This document shows, piece by piece, positions 37,706 through 51,200 of a stretch of 64,000 nt of DNA. Origin of the DNA: Leucoraja ocellata (taxonomy: Eukaryota); the NCBI GenBank assembly GCA_036785375.1, contig JAWMAR010000026.1, forward strand, positions 248,001-312,000, written 5' to 3'. A program made the translations under genes and the position numbers. Numbering within the stretch: position 1 is the stretch's first letter; the number at the start of each line of letters is the position of its first letter. The notes under the pieces were generated by a model. It made no database searches, was not told the origin of the DNA, and worked only from the letters and a program-made list of their open reading frames with translations.

Positions 37706-38299
37706 AAGCTTTGCAGTCAACCAGCACAAAGAATAATAATTTAAATCTGCCACTCTCGTGGTTCTGTTATATGACGGTATGGGATGTGGATCGTCACTTA
37801 TAGTCATGGGTTTTACAATGCAAAGTTGCAGATATTTTACCGATATTATTTAAATGCAGAATAGAGACGTGTATGCAAATGTGCATCTGTTTTTAAAAAA
37901 ATCTGTTGCATGATTCACTTGCACAAATGACCTTTATTTAGTAAAAGGCATATATCTAAACACGTTGAATGTGTGATTGCGATCTGTATGCAGGAGTGCT
38001 TATTCAGCATTGCTCATTTCTGGAGTATGGCAAGGTCTTCTTTATTTCAAGGTGTCCTCTGTTCTTTCATTTGATTGCTTTATCTTGCATTCACAATGTT
38101 TTTTTATAAAAGGCAAAGAATCAGCTAAATCTCTGTGCACACGTGTACGTTAGAACAACAGTAGCTATATGCCCAATAGTAAAACAGACATGCAACTCGG
38201 GAGACTCTGTCATGGATTTAGGGGAGACCCAGTAGAGCTTCAAAAATTTCTGTTCATACATTCACCTTTCGTGTCATAAATTCAGAAGTCATGAAAATG

Positions 38300-38675
38300 A
38301 TACAGAAGTGTGACCACTGTTGTATGCATTTAAGGTGCCCTGTAGTTGTGTATGTATTTTACAGCTGTGACCAGTAAAGGTGCCCTGTGGTTCTATACAT
38401 ATTCCACTGCAATATACACTAAAGTTGCCCAATAGTTGTGTATGTGTACTACTGTTGTAAACACTAGAGCTGCCCTGCAGACAATTGAACTGCAAATGCT
38501 GGAATCTTGTGTAGGACACAAAGTGCTATCAACTCAGCAGGTCAGGTAGCGTCTCTGAACAACATGAATAGGCAACTTTTCAAGTTGGGACTCTTCTTCA
38601 GACTCTGAAGAGTCTAAAGGTGCCCTGGAGTTGTGTACATATTTTACTAATGTGTGCACTAAAGGTGTCTCATAG
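38300..38675 (+). repeat. Degenerate ~45-bp minisatellite interrupted by a Penelope piece (about 38480-38612)
   Basis: TAAAGGTGCCCTG-like units near 38331, 38375, 38419, 38465, 38615 and 38660. Confidence 0.75.
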
Positions 38676-38679
38676 GTAA

Positions 38680-39240
38680 AGAGTCATACAGCACGGTAAC
38701 AATCTCTTCAGTCCAACTTGCCCATCGCGACCAAGATGCTCCATCTACATTGCCACCTTCCCACGTTTGGCCCAGATCCCCCTAAACCTTCCCTCTCCAT
38801 GAACTTCTCCAAATATCTTTTAAATGTTGCTGCAGTACCTGCCTCCTCTGGCAGCTTGTTCCATTTACAATCTGTATGAAAGAGTTGTCCCTCTGGGGCA
38901 AATCCTATTAAATCTTTCCCCTTGCCTTAAACCATGGTTCTCGATTACCCGACTCTGGGTAAAGGACTGTGCGTTCCATTCTCCTCATGATCTTAGACAT
39001 AGAAACATAGAAAATAGGTGCAGGAATAGGCCATTCAGCCCTTCGAGCCTGCACCGCCATTCAATATAATCATGGCTGATCATCCAACTCAGTATCCCGT
39101 ACCTGCCTTCTCTAAAAAGCGAAGAATAGAATGCACAGTCGTTTATCCGGAGTAGGGGAAAAGACCATTCTTTTCTGTCGATTCTCCTCATGATCTTATC
39201 CATCTCTATAAGATCATGCCGCCTTCTTGCAAGCTCCAAT
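38680..39240 (-). mobile_element. CR1 3' fragment with a nested younger CR1 tail (38996-39112)
   Basis: The nested piece is nearly identical to the reverse complement of 36400-36500. Confidence 0.8.
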
Positions 39241-40129
39241 TTTATTTTATGTCGTTGTGTATTTATATTGAACTCCTGATCTCAAATTTAATTTCATGAT
39301 TTCAACAGAAACAGAGTTTGGCCTGCATAACCTACCAATGCACCCTCTAGCAGATACAACAGAGGGTGAATAACTAACCTCACGAGTTTGGAATGAAGTT
39401 ATCATGCTCATGGTGTAAAATATAGAATTTTAATAATACCATTCAGTACTAAGGTCCCCTTGACAGATTTGAATAGATTCTCATGAAGCTTATTGAGCTT
39501 CCTTTTCTGATGATAAATTGTTTCATTTGTATGTTGTTTAGGATTTTTTTTGTTGCAACATTAGTTATCAAAATCGTAGGAAAATAGTGTGGAGTTTCTG
39601 TAATACCAGCAGACAGTTGAGTCTAATGATAGACCAGCAACAGACATTTCTCTCTCTTTAGATCTTAAGTAAAGTAATGCACTAACTATCTTCATTTGGA
39701 TCATTCTTTTGTATCTCAGCAACATTCCTAAACTATCTCTAGGTATACAATGAAAATATGTGTGGGGCTTTGAACTCGTGCAGAACTAAAGGCTGCTAGT
39801 TCTCCATGATAGCTTTACAGTCAATGCAATTTTGAAATTGTTTTGTAACATACTTTTCAACAAAAAACCTTTTGAAACCGCAAAATTATTTGCTGTTACT
39901 AATATTGTTTCAGCATTTAAAATTGTACTTAAGTGTCATTCAACAAATGACTGAAGGTATCCTGTACTCCTGTGATTCCCAACTAACGGGAGAAAATGTT
40001 GGCGCATCAAAGTTTTTGTTCAAGGATTACTGACATCTGAACCTTGAGATGTGAGATGTCCTCCAATGTAACTAATAAATGAGTTTGTTCAATTGCAAGC
40101 AGAACACACTGCTGACTCCTGTGTGTTTT

Positions 40130-40400
40130 TTCAAACACAGTTAAGAACTCTATGCAATTTCTTGCAGATTTGGGAAGAGCTGTTCCCAAACCAAGCTGCG
40201 ATGCAATCCAACAGTATGTTTGTATGTGGTGCATCTGTGGAAGTTTTTTGTAGTCATTGAAGAAGTACTGTATTTCCTCAGTCCTCTGGGGAAGTAGAGA
40301 CAATAGGGTATTCAATGTAGTTGATCCAGGATAGATAATTGGTTATATTTGCCAAGATACCTGAAGCTCTCAACTATTTAATTTCAACATCTCTTCCCAC
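40130..40400 (-). mobile_element. Old Rex1-like fragment
   Basis: Minus strand TTGGATTGCATCGCAGCTTGGTTTGGGAACAGCTC...CAAGAAATTGCATAGAGTT matches about 23065-23130. Confidence 0.65.
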
Positions 40401-41439
40401 AAATTCTGCCCAATCAGCTAACCGTCAATTTTATGTCATTCATGCTCAATTAATCTTTGTTTTGCTTTTGGTCCTAGATGTTCCTTAATTTTAAAATACA
40501 GTATTCACCTTGCGAGGAATCAGTTGTGATACATTTGCTTAAGTGACTGAGGTAAAAGATGGCCAATATACCGCAAATAATTCAAAGAAGTCAAGTATCC
40601 GTGATGGACTAACTAAGAATATGAAGGAAAGATACAAAATGTAAAAAAGGCAAATTAGATTAATGAGGGAGAATGGAATAGAAATGTGTAGAGAAGGAAA
40701 GATTAAAAGCTGTGTACTTATTTAATTGCAGTGAATGTGAAATTGAGTAATTGGGACTCGGAGTGGCGTCCCATTATACATTAGTTCTGCTCCAGCCTCT
40801 GAAAGATTAGATTGCTACAAATGCTTGCATTCCTTCTGTTAAGGCACCACCTCCGATGAATTGTTATTTGTGCTGCTGTTAGATGGTATTGTACAAAACT
40901 GCCCCATTATAGTCGGTGAGGAAACCAGACGTATAACTGCAAACGGATTATCTGCACTGAATTTTCTATTTCTCTCGTGCCCATGATAAGAAGGCTCATT
41001 AACAGCACATGTTTCTCATAAACTTTGTGGACTCCAAGTTATCTTTACATGCAATGGCCAGCTGGAATTTATCATATCAAACTGCCACAGAATATAATTT
41101 AAAGCTCAGTTCCGCCAACGGGAATGATGAGCAATTGCCCTGTTTCAAAATCAATTGGATGTTGCTAAATTAAACTGATTATGGAGAGAGAAAAATACAG
41201 CATGGTGGTGGAATTTATATAAATTCACTTTTCATTTCTGGAGTTGTTCCCTTTCCACTGGCTAAGACATGAGCTGGAGGAGCTGAATGCCACAGATGCG
41301 GTCATGGTGTTTTGATGGAGACGGCTGCAGGAAGTCTCACAGCAGCCGAGTAAGCAAGCTCATTACTTGCATCCTGTGGCAGCTGCAGGGTACGGTGGCA
41401 GGAGGAGTTCTCGGCATTGTGCTGGGTGCAGCCAAACCC

Positions 41440-41700
41440 CCTTTAGTTTATTATCACGTGTACCAAGGTACAGTGAAAAGCTTTTTGTTGTGTGCTATCC
41501 AGTCAGCGGAAAGACTAAACCTGATTCCAATCAAGCCGTCCACAGTGTTCAGATACAAGGTAAGGGAATAACGTTTAGCTCAAGATAACGTCCAGTAAAG
41601 TCCAATTAAAGATAGTCTGAAGGGCTCCAATGCGGTAGATGGTAGCTCAGGTCTACTCTCTAGTTGTTGATAGCATGGTTTAGTTGCTTGATAACAAATG
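41440..41700 (-). mobile_element. Rex1 3'UTR
   Basis: Reverse complement matches about 23340-23580. Confidence 0.75.
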
Positions 41701-41796
41701 GGAATCTGGATACATCAGCAATCCAGTACCACGAGGACACCAAGCCTTTAAGTGAGGATATTCGAAATTGCCATATCTCCTTTGGCCAAGATCAGA

Positions 41797-42079
41797 TTTA
41801 GCGTAGTGGAGAGATACAGCGTGAAAACAGGCCCTTCTGCCCACTGAGTCCACACTGACCAACAATCACCCGTACACTAGTTCTTTCCTACACACTAGGG
41901 ACAATTTACAGAAGCCAATTGACCTACACATCTTTGGAACATACGTGGAAACCGGAGCAGCTGCAGAAAAACCCACGCGGTCTCAGGGAGAACATACAGA
42001 CAGCACCCGTAGTCAGGATTGAACCCAGGTACCTGGCGCTGTAAGGCATTAACTATAGAGCTGTACTACTGTGCCACCC
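41797..42079 (-). mobile_element. V-SINE
   Basis: Tail, core and head on the minus strand. Confidence 0.8.
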
Positions 42080-42157
42080 TTCTCAGAGACTTGGAAGTTG
42101 CAAGATGGCACCAGTACGTGGCAACTCTCTGCATGCTGTTCCAGGAGAGGATCTATT

Positions 42158-42280
42158 GTCTGAAGAAGTCTGAAGAAAGATCCCGACACAAAATCGTTAC
42201 CAATGCATGTCTTCCAGAGATGTTGCCTGACCCGCTAAGTTACTCAAGCACTTATTGTCTTCTTTTTTTCTATTGTATAA
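42158..42280 (+). mobile_element. Penelope pLTR-derived piece
   Basis: GTCTGAAGAA duplicated, degenerate core, then GCCTGACCCGCTAAGTTACTC. Confidence 0.65.
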
Positions 42281-42614
42281 GCGAGTTCGGTATTTCGACT
42301 GTGAATGCCCAGGTCATAGGTCACTCGTGATAAACATTCTTGGCAGCTGTGCTGCTGCATGAATACAGACCTGCGTTTCATCCGTAGTCAGGGTCGAACC
42401 CGGGTCTCCGGCGCTGCAAACGCTGTTGAATTGCTATTGGACCGAACCCGTCCACTGCTGAGTGTCTCATCCCTGTCCAGAGGTGGTCAGAGATGTCTGG
42501 GGTGACCCTGGACCGACGGGACTCCGATCCGGAGCAGTGGCGGTCCAGGCTTACAGCCAGTGCGGAGAAGATGCGCTAACTCCAGCTCAATTCTGCCTGT
42601 CTTTTTTAAATTTC

Positions 42615-43075
42615 TTGAGTCATAGGGTGGTGAATCTGCGGAATTCAGTGCGACAGACTGCTGTGGAGGCCAAGTCATTGGGTATTTTTAAGGTGGAAAA
42701 ATTGGCAGTTAATTAGTGTGGGTGTCAAGGATTATGGGGAGAAGGCAGGAGACTGGAAAGGGAATTAGTCATGATTGAATGGCATAGGCTCGATGGGCTG
42801 AATGGCCTAATTCTGCTCCTATGATTTATGAACTGATTTGCTGGGCCAGTTTTTTACACAGAGAGTGGTAGGTGTGTCTGGAACATTCTACTGGAGAAGA
42901 TGGTGGAATCAGATATGATAGCAGCATTTAAGAAGCATTTAGACAGGCACATGAACAGGCAGGGAATGCAGGGATATAGATCATGAGTAGGCAGATGGAA
43001 TTAGTTCAATTTTGCATCATAGTTAGCACAGACAGTGTAAACCGAAGGATCTGTCCTGTGTTATGTTATTTTATG
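42615..43075 (+). mobile_element. Two consecutive CR1 3' fragments
   Basis: 42615-42835 (SHRVVNLRNS...EAKSLGIFK plus UTR) and 42850-43075. Confidence 0.75.
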
Positions 43076-43591
43076 GTATATCTTCAAATCTTAGAATATC
43101 CTAAAGTCCATGTAATTAGAAAATCTGCAAAAATTAAATACTCATCCTGATGGTGAGTTTGTTTTTAATGCAGGATAAGAAACCAATGGTCAGGTTTGAC
43201 TATACGTCATATTTGAATTATCTAATCCATGCAGTGGAGTAAGTTGTCTGACGTTAAGTAAAGCTTTAAGAGGAAGCTAAAATGTACAGGTTAGGGGCCA
43301 AAGTGACTGATACAATCCATGCGTTTGTAGAAAATGGGGTTGTGTTAATATTGTTTACATGATGAACACAGAAAGGCAGCAGAGTTCTTTGCAGCTTCAG
43401 TGTAGACCCATGTATGCATCATGTGCAAATAATCAAATGTGGCTTCCTCCACTATTTCTGCCATTTTGCGCTGGGAAAACAGTGAACCGTTCACCCATTT
43501 TTCTTTCTGGTACTTTAAACCTACCACTATTTTTGTTGGCTCCAATCCTTCGGGGCATTAGATCAGTTAATACTCTCCATAAAACAGTTAC

Positions 43592-43722
43592 GTCTGAAGA
43601 AGGGTTTCGGCCCGAAACGTTGCCTATTTCCTTCGCTCCATAGATGCTGCTGCACCCGCTGAGTTTCTCCAGCTTTTTTGTGTACCTTCGATTCTCCAGC
43701 ATCTGCAGTTCCTTCTTAAACA
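43592..43722 (+). mobile_element. Young Penelope pLTR-derived element; intact hammerhead core at 43594-43621
   Basis: CTGAAGA-A-GGGTTTCGGCCC-GAAA-CG-TT; nearly identical to the reverse complement of 15978-16072. Confidence 0.8.
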
Positions 43723-43809
43723 CCATGTCAAACTCGAGTTCAATTGATAGAGTAAAGGAGAAGACACCAACTACAGAATATAGTTCGCAACATTCATCCA
43801 ATTCATCGA

Positions 43810-44100
43810 CTTAGCTTACTTAGCATTACAGTGTGGAAACAGGCTTTTCGGCCTACTGGGTCCACGCTGACAAATGATCACCTGTACACTAGTTCTATCC
43901 TACACCTGAGGAACAATGTATAGAAGCCTACAAACCTACAAACCTGCACATCTTTGGAATGTGGGAGAAAACCAGAGCGCCTGGAGAAAACCCATGAGGT
44001 CACAGAGAGAACGTACAAACTCCTGACAGTTAGCATCCGTAGTCAGGATTGAACCAAGGTCTCAGTTGCTGTAAGACGGCAACTCTACCACTGTGACGCC
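43810..44100 (-). mobile_element. V-SINE
   Basis: Tail, core and head on the minus strand. Confidence 0.85.
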
Positions 44101-45159
44101 TCCAAACATTTCTTAACTTTTACTTATTAGAATGGAGCATTAAAACTCCTCATTGTGTCAACTTTCCTGTTTTGGTAATCGTAAAGAAAACCCTTTCTTT
44201 GTTAAATAAAGCTGAACCTAAACGAGATTTGGCATTCTGCCGTCAATGCCTTGCTTAGATCATGCATTTGGAAGCTGTCTCTGAAGTGGCATGAAGGCCT
44301 AGATTAATCAGCAAGTACTGGCAGAGGGCAAAAATAAGCAAGTGAAACTTGAGAAGAAGAATGGGAAGAGAAGGAGGAGAAGAAAGAGAAACCTAAAAGG
44401 GATTGAAATTGAGCTGCTATATTCTAATGGGGATAATTAGAGTATTCCAACAACCTCTTTGCACCATGTCAAATTTCACACTTTGTAATGAAAAATTTAT
44501 TGGAACTGTTTAAATTCTTAAGAACAATAATTTTGCATGTAGAACATGATCTATAAAGAACTGCAATTCTTCCATTTCAAAGTGGACTGAAGTGTTTAAG
44601 GAGAGGCAGTGAGTTTGCACTTGGCTAAGTTCAACGTTGTATCATCTTTAGAGACTTGTCTCTGATTACATTAAAGCTGTAAAGCATTTAAATTCATCTC
44701 TCAACAGGCAATAACTTTAATAGCTTATGCATTTGCCTATTTTTGGCTGTTTCCCTATAAACAGAATAACGTAATAGGTTACTGATTTGTCTTTACTTGG
44801 CAGAACTTCAAAGTATCAGTCATTTCTAGTAGAGGGATGACAAAGAGTGCCTTTATTTTGCACACAATCTTGTCTTTCAGGTTTGTGATGCAGTATTAAT
44901 GTTACATGGCTATCATTTTCAATAATGTCTCCCGTGTTTAGATGAATTCATACAAGCTCTTATGCTATGAGTTTTAATTCATTGAATGAGGAATTCCACC
45001 TGCAAGCAACTCTGAAACAATAGAAATGCATTTATTTTTGCTCTCCATCAGAATTCTAGTATTTCCAAACAGAATCAGTTGCATCATGATTCTCTTCTAA
45101 CTCCCTTGTTGTCTAAAACTGAAATCTCTGAAACAGCAAGATGCAGTGTAGAAATGGCA

Positions 45160-45645
45160 AAGCAAAAAAATGCCAAATGCCAGAGAGTGGTGTGTACTGC
45201 TCAATCTATCACTGGTACTGACCTTCCCATCATCCAAGGAATCTATAGGATGCGCTGCCTCAACAAGGCAGCCACCATCATCAAAGATCTACACAGCCCT
45301 GACCACGTTCTCATTTCATTCCTAACATTAGGAAGAAGTTAAAGGAGTCTTAAAACTGTGACCACCAAGTCTAAGAATAGCTTCTTCCCAACAAATACCA
45401 GTCTTTTGTACACTACACAAAACTGACCTCAGCTATGAATTATGGACTGTCTTTGGTTCCACTAACTTTGGTGATTTTTTTTTTTTGCACTAGTATCGGG
45501 GTTATTAATTTATTGAATTTTTGTCTTTAAATATTATTTGCATATTATGTTTAGAGGCCTGATATGCTGCTGGAAATAAGAATTTCATTGGTCTGTTGTT
45601 GGTACATATGACAATTTAAAAAGTCTTGACACTTGTCTCTTGAAT
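45160..45645 (+). mobile_element. Rex1/Babar-clade LINE 3' fragment
   Basis: QRVVCTAQSITGTDLPIIQGIYRMRCLNKAATIIKD; tail AAGAATTTCATT...TGACAAT. Confidence 0.8.
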
Positions 45646-45689
45646 TGATCAGGCAAATTGATCAGGTCGCTTAACAGAAACTGATGACG

Positions 45690-45940
45690 GTGCTAGCGTA
45701 AAGATTCATGAGGATGTTGATCCAAGTCTCACTCCAGAGATGAATACTTGATGTAGTTCAACACTTCTTTATTATACTGAGTAACTGCTGGGTAGTCTTA
45801 AGATGTATCTTTCAGTTGAAATGTTAAAACGGGAATCTGTGGCCCCAAGTCCAATGGATGCAAGGATCCAATGGTAATCAACCAATACTGTTGAAGCATA
45901 TTATCTACTCAATTAGCTTTTAGACTGTTTAGAGAGTTGT
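45690..45940 (+). mobile_element. Ancient Deu-domain SINE relic
   Basis: CAAGTCTCACTCCAGAGA...TCTTTCAGTTGAAATGTTAAAAC...GGATCCAATGG resembles the SacSINE1/Deu consensus as recalled. Confidence 0.45.
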
Positions 45941-46081
45941 TGTTGTTTTTCAAGCTGTTCTATTGGCCTGAAAAACAACACTGATAATCCTCCTTAAGTA
46001 ATTTGTCAGCAGTGAAACTTCTTGGATTATAAGCAAAAAAAACGTAAATTTTGGTTTAAATTGGTGAGAGTTTTTGCAACC

Positions 46082-46348
46082 AGTAATTACAATGGATATA
46101 ATTTAGACTTTAGAGATTCGTGTAAATAGGTCCTTCTGTGCCTACTGAGTCTGCACCAACCAGCGACCACCCTGCACACTAGCATTATCCTGCACACCTG
46201 GGACAATTTACAATTTTACAGAAGCCAATTGTCCTACAAACTTGTACGTCTTTGGAGAATGGGAGGAAACCAAGGCACTCGGAGAAAACCCACTTGATCA
46301 GAGGGAGAACGTACAAACTCTGTACTGACAGCACCTGTAGTCAGGATT
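46082..46348 (-). mobile_element. V-SINE lacking the 5' head
   Basis: Core and tail present. Confidence 0.8.
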
Positions 46349-47199
46349 AATAAGGAAAACATGATCTTGGATTTTCCATCCATAATTTGTTTGAATAAAT
46401 TATAGATAGTTTATTTAAATTATTTTCATAACAGAATCATTGGTTCCACACAATCAATTGTTTCGCTGGTCGCTTTAAGTAAAAACAGGAAAGATTCAGC
46501 AAGTCCGTCAGCATCTGTGGAATGAGAAACAGTTAGTGGTGTGAGTTCAATACCTTATATGTGCAATGTTTTTACTATTTTCATTTATTATTGACAATTT
46601 TGCTTCTGATTTGCAATGATTTTTAAATTTGCATGAAAGAAAATTGTGGTATTCTTCAGTTTAATTTTTTTTAATTGTTTGCTCCAGCAGACATTTCTTG
46701 ACGTTAGATTTAAATTGTTAAAGTAGTAGATTAACTGTCACTGGATCAAACAGTCATTGGGAATTGACCGTATTAAGTTGCTCCTTTTTCCGCATTTAGA
46801 TTACCTGATACTGCACCTGACTTTTCTGAATGACAATGTTAATTGTCATTGACTGTAATAGAATATGAACATTATAGGCACTTGACACCACTTTAATGGT
46901 TTTGACTTTTCATTCCTGCAGGAGGAATCATGATGTGTGTGTGGAAAGCAGTTCCTTGAGCTGGAGGGTGGCATCACTGCATTCTTTCTTGGTGTTATTA
47001 ACTTTACATTAAATATTGCTATTAATTTTGTTTTATAACCGCAATAATGCCATCTGCATTATTCTGAAAAGCAAGCAGATATTTGGCGTGACATTTTTAA
47101 GCCCTACTGTGAATACGTTGTTATGGGTGCTACCAAGTGTGACTGCTATTGCATTTCAGCACCTTCTCTGAAGTAAAACAACATCTATGTTTGAGTTTG

Positions 47200-47340
47200 G
47201 GTTTTGTTTTACGTTTATTATTGCCATGTGTACCAAGGTACAGTGAAAAGCTTTGTTTTGCATGCGATCCAAACAGATCAGATACACTATACAAAAATAT
47301 AATGAAGTCAAACTGAAGTACCATAGATAGATACATAGAA
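47200..47340 (-). mobile_element. Rex1-type 3' tail
   Basis: ATTGCCATGTGTACCAAGGTACAGTGAAAAGC. Confidence 0.7.
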
Positions 47341-48189
47341 TGTTCAATCGAAGAGAAGATTCTCAGTACCTAACGCACTGACATTGCTTTTTGTATCTCT
47401 GCAGCAATTCAGTGATCCTAATCAAAGTATTTTTTGCTGGCAAATTTGCATGCAGAAAACAGATGCCAATATTAACGGCAAGGTGAAAGAACTTGAAATC
47501 CTTAAGTGATATTAAGTTAAGATTTAAAATACCTCTTCGGTTAGCTTTTCAGGTTAGCTTTAAGAGAAAGTAAATTGTTTAAACTGGAGTGGAATTTATT
47601 GGTATTTATGTACTGCTGAAAGCTAATCTTGTTAAACATTCCAGTGTTAACAGTTGTGTAAGCGGAGGAGAAGGGGAGCGGTGGTTTTGAGGAAACTGGA
47701 AAACATGCAGATGCATTTTAAATATTTTAAACACACATTCGGCCATAAGAAAAAATATCTATGCACTGTTAAAAACCTAATTGTTGGGAAATAATGTTAG
47801 ACTCCTTGTTAATTTGAGTATTGGATTGAATTTAGAGGCTGTTTGCTTACTGTTACTGAAAAATAAATTAATTTCAATGACCAAGCTGAATGGAGTGGGG
47901 TTTTGTCAGGTAATTAGTCATCAGCCTTTAGCTGCTCAGGGTCCATCACTCCATTAATCCATACATAAACCCCAGCCTTTTGCAGTCAGATATAATCTGA
48001 GAAGCATTTTAAACACTCATTTTTTTTCCTCTCTTACAAACCTGCCGAAGCCTTTCCGATGAAAAGTACATTAATTTATGTCTAGGTTTCTTGGACTGGT
48101 TGTCGAAGGTAGAATTAATGAAACTGATTTACATTTTCCTCCTTTGTTTGATGAAATCTGCTGTTGATTAAGTCTGGGCGAGTGTGTTG

Positions 48190-48192
<3 letters not shown>

Positions 48193-48220
<28 letters not shown>

Positions 48221-48248
48221 TGGGATGTTGGGGGTGGGGGGGGGTGGG
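48193..48248 (+). repeat. Poly-G / G-rich tract (G-quadruplex-capable)
   Basis: About 27 consecutive G followed by further G runs. Confidence 0.9.
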
Positions 48249-51200
48249 AGAAGAGTATCCATCCCTTCATCTCTCACTCTTTCTGTCCCAGTATTTCTCT
48301 CTTCCCTGGTTCATTGGGGATCTCTTGTTGGATAATACTACTGCTTCTGGTTTGCTTGCAACTGGAGTTCATAAACAATACGCAAACTTAAGACGCATTT
48401 TTGATTAAATTATTACTCATGATTGCTGTGGCTTTGCTGTTCGTTTGTCCACTAATTTTTTTTTAACATTTTGATTGAAACTATGGCTTTATGTAAAACC
48501 TGACAGAAGTGACATGCCACCATGCAAACCTGCACATTCTTTATAAGGCTTGCTTTAGGAGTTGTCGCTGGAAAACATTTTAATAAAGGGGGAGTTCTAT
48601 AATCATTCTTAGTTAATGACAGAGCTATAAAACAGTGCCTTATATCAGAGTTTTGTGTGTCAGGATGATGATGGAGATCTACCTTGTGAAAGCCCTGTTG
48701 TAAGTACTGCAGTGACACCAAATAATATTTTATTAGTGGATTTTTGGCTTTATTAATAACAACACTTGGTATAATATGAGTTTCCTGAAAAAATTATTCG
48801 TGGGGAATGGTAGAGAGTGATAATTGCAGGTTTACTGGATTATTCCAAAGTGCCCAGAGTGATGTTGAAGGAAGGTCACTTTGTACAGCTCAGTCATGCA
48901 ATGATGTAGACTAGTATTTTAAATTGCTATGTGGTTCATAAAAAGTTTCAAGTATTATGAGACACTTTTTATGCCACCCTGGAACGCATTACACTTGTTT
49001 AATTAGGTTTTCTCTCTATGTTGGTTCAATGGTGAATTATGTTCAGTAGAGCAAAAGAAACATAATTTTCTGCTTTTCCTGTTCTTAAAGTGGCGTGTGC
49101 TTATAATTTATACTTTAATCGAACATGCAACAAAAATCCATACACGCTAAGATAAATTAAGGAAACATAAGGAACTGAAATTTTTTTAGGTTGAAGGGTG
49201 TGTTAGAAATGTGCAAATATATTAGGAATGTTCAGATATTGAGTGAGCTATAATATTGCCATAAATATAATGTGCATGCAAAATGCAGATTAAAAACGTG
49301 AATTTAAAAAAAATCTATACGACCAAGCACACTACTGAAAGGAATAAAACTCATTTGTCAGCAGGATCTCAACTTGTAATTATGATGACCTTCAGCCAAG
49401 AGAAAATGAGGAATGGGAGTCCTTATCAATATATGTAAGATGCAGATTTACATTCATTTAAGAAAAACAGGTACTTTGCTCTTTGAAGCTACAATTTCAA
49501 AGGAGAGATTTTTGCAATGAAACTTGATGTAATATTATCTTTAATTGTATTCCAATATAAAATTCAGATCAGTCATTTATTTCATGAACAGACAAATCCG
49601 TTGAAAAAAAATCAGTTTTTAAAAATATAAAATATGAAATTCCTCACCTTTATTTCTGTCATTAAACCATCTTGTCCATCTTGTAGAAAACACTATTTTT
49701 TGCAGTGCGATAAATACAAACCTTTCTACTTTTGAGATCGACTATAACTACTCATTTTCTTTCCTCATTGATAGGTTCATTTGTCGTGATATTTTAAATA
49801 GAACTGTCTTCTTTATTTTTTAATACTTGGGGGAAAATATTGAAGGCTCATTTCTGTCTGAAGCAATTTTGAACAAACAAAGTGAATATTTCCTTAACTT
49901 TGACCCACTGAAATCATAAGAATCCATTTTGAGTAGAAAGTTGTAATGTTCGAGCAGTGATCATTGGGTTAACTCCTAAAGCCACTATCATAATTAGGAT
50001 TTGAATGAAGCAATACTTTCTAGAACCATTTCTTGTTCAGCAGTGACTCAATTCCTGCTTGGGCCACATTGTTTTCTGCAATCCTTATATGTTCTTATTT
50101 ATAGCCTTTCCAACTGGAAGAGCCCAGACTGGCCAGTTTATTCAGTATAGTACATTGATTTCTTGTGTGACCGCATCTGCCTGATACAGAAAGGGATTGA
50201 GCAGTTATTTATCTGGATTTAGCCTTTCCTTATCAAACATTTATGATTTAGGGCGAAGAACAGTATCAACCGTTTTAGTGAGTGAGATTTTTTTTTAATG
50301 TATTGTACCTCAGCCTGACGGCAAGAGCCCTGGTTCAATACAATGAACTTGGGAAGGTTTTCTTAATGAAAGCCTTGACATTTTCTGTATTGGGGGTACA
50401 TTTATCAGCTGTGTAAAGACTGCATAGACTTCATTATTGCAGCAAACTGCCACTATGTATTTTTAGGACCATCTATTCAGTATAAAAAGATAGAAAGCAG
50501 AGAGGTAAAGGTTAATGGCTGAAGCAGATGATGTCAGAATTATCCCTGAGGGCTAGATTTACTTAATTCTTGTGGTGATAATTAGATAATTGGGAGCCTA
50601 TTGTTGCATGCACTACTTCATGCTGTCTGAATTCAATCAGAAAGAAATTAAGGACAAAACAATGAATCTTGAGTGACAGAAAAAAGTACATAAGCGCTAT
50701 GAGGGATCTATCTGTTGGTTGTCTAAGATTTATTCTGTTCTCAGTCATAGATCATCACCCTTTTCTCTGATGGGATACTTTTGGATAGTGAGAAATGAAG
50801 GCAAAATAAAACTTGCGCTGTTTCATCAGCATTCAGGAGTGGGATTTTTTTTTTTCATTTTCCTTGTCTTTTAAGAAATTCAGTGCAAAATTTCCTTTTA
50901 ACAGGTTGCGTGTAATTTTTGCTTGAGTTTCCAATGATAACAGCCATCGGACCTGATCCGAGTTCAATAGATATCACTAAAATAGAATCATTGCCTTTGA
51001 TATATAGAAAAAGTAAAGTAATACATCCTGATAACGCTATAGCTTTTCGACTGTGACCTTGTAAGATCTATAAGTTAGTTGCAGCCCTGGACACTGCCGA
51101 AATGCATCAACACTTTGAAATTTAAGTAGCAGTGAAATCCATCAATGGGGTGAAGGTGGAATGGCCTGAGAAACCAATGTATCATGCTTAGAGGGCTCAA

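Noticed and set aside
48193-48248. Poly-G as a functional element or poly-Gly/Pro ORF
   Set aside because: Simple homopolymer of uncertain assembled length; the ORFs are low-complexity artefacts.
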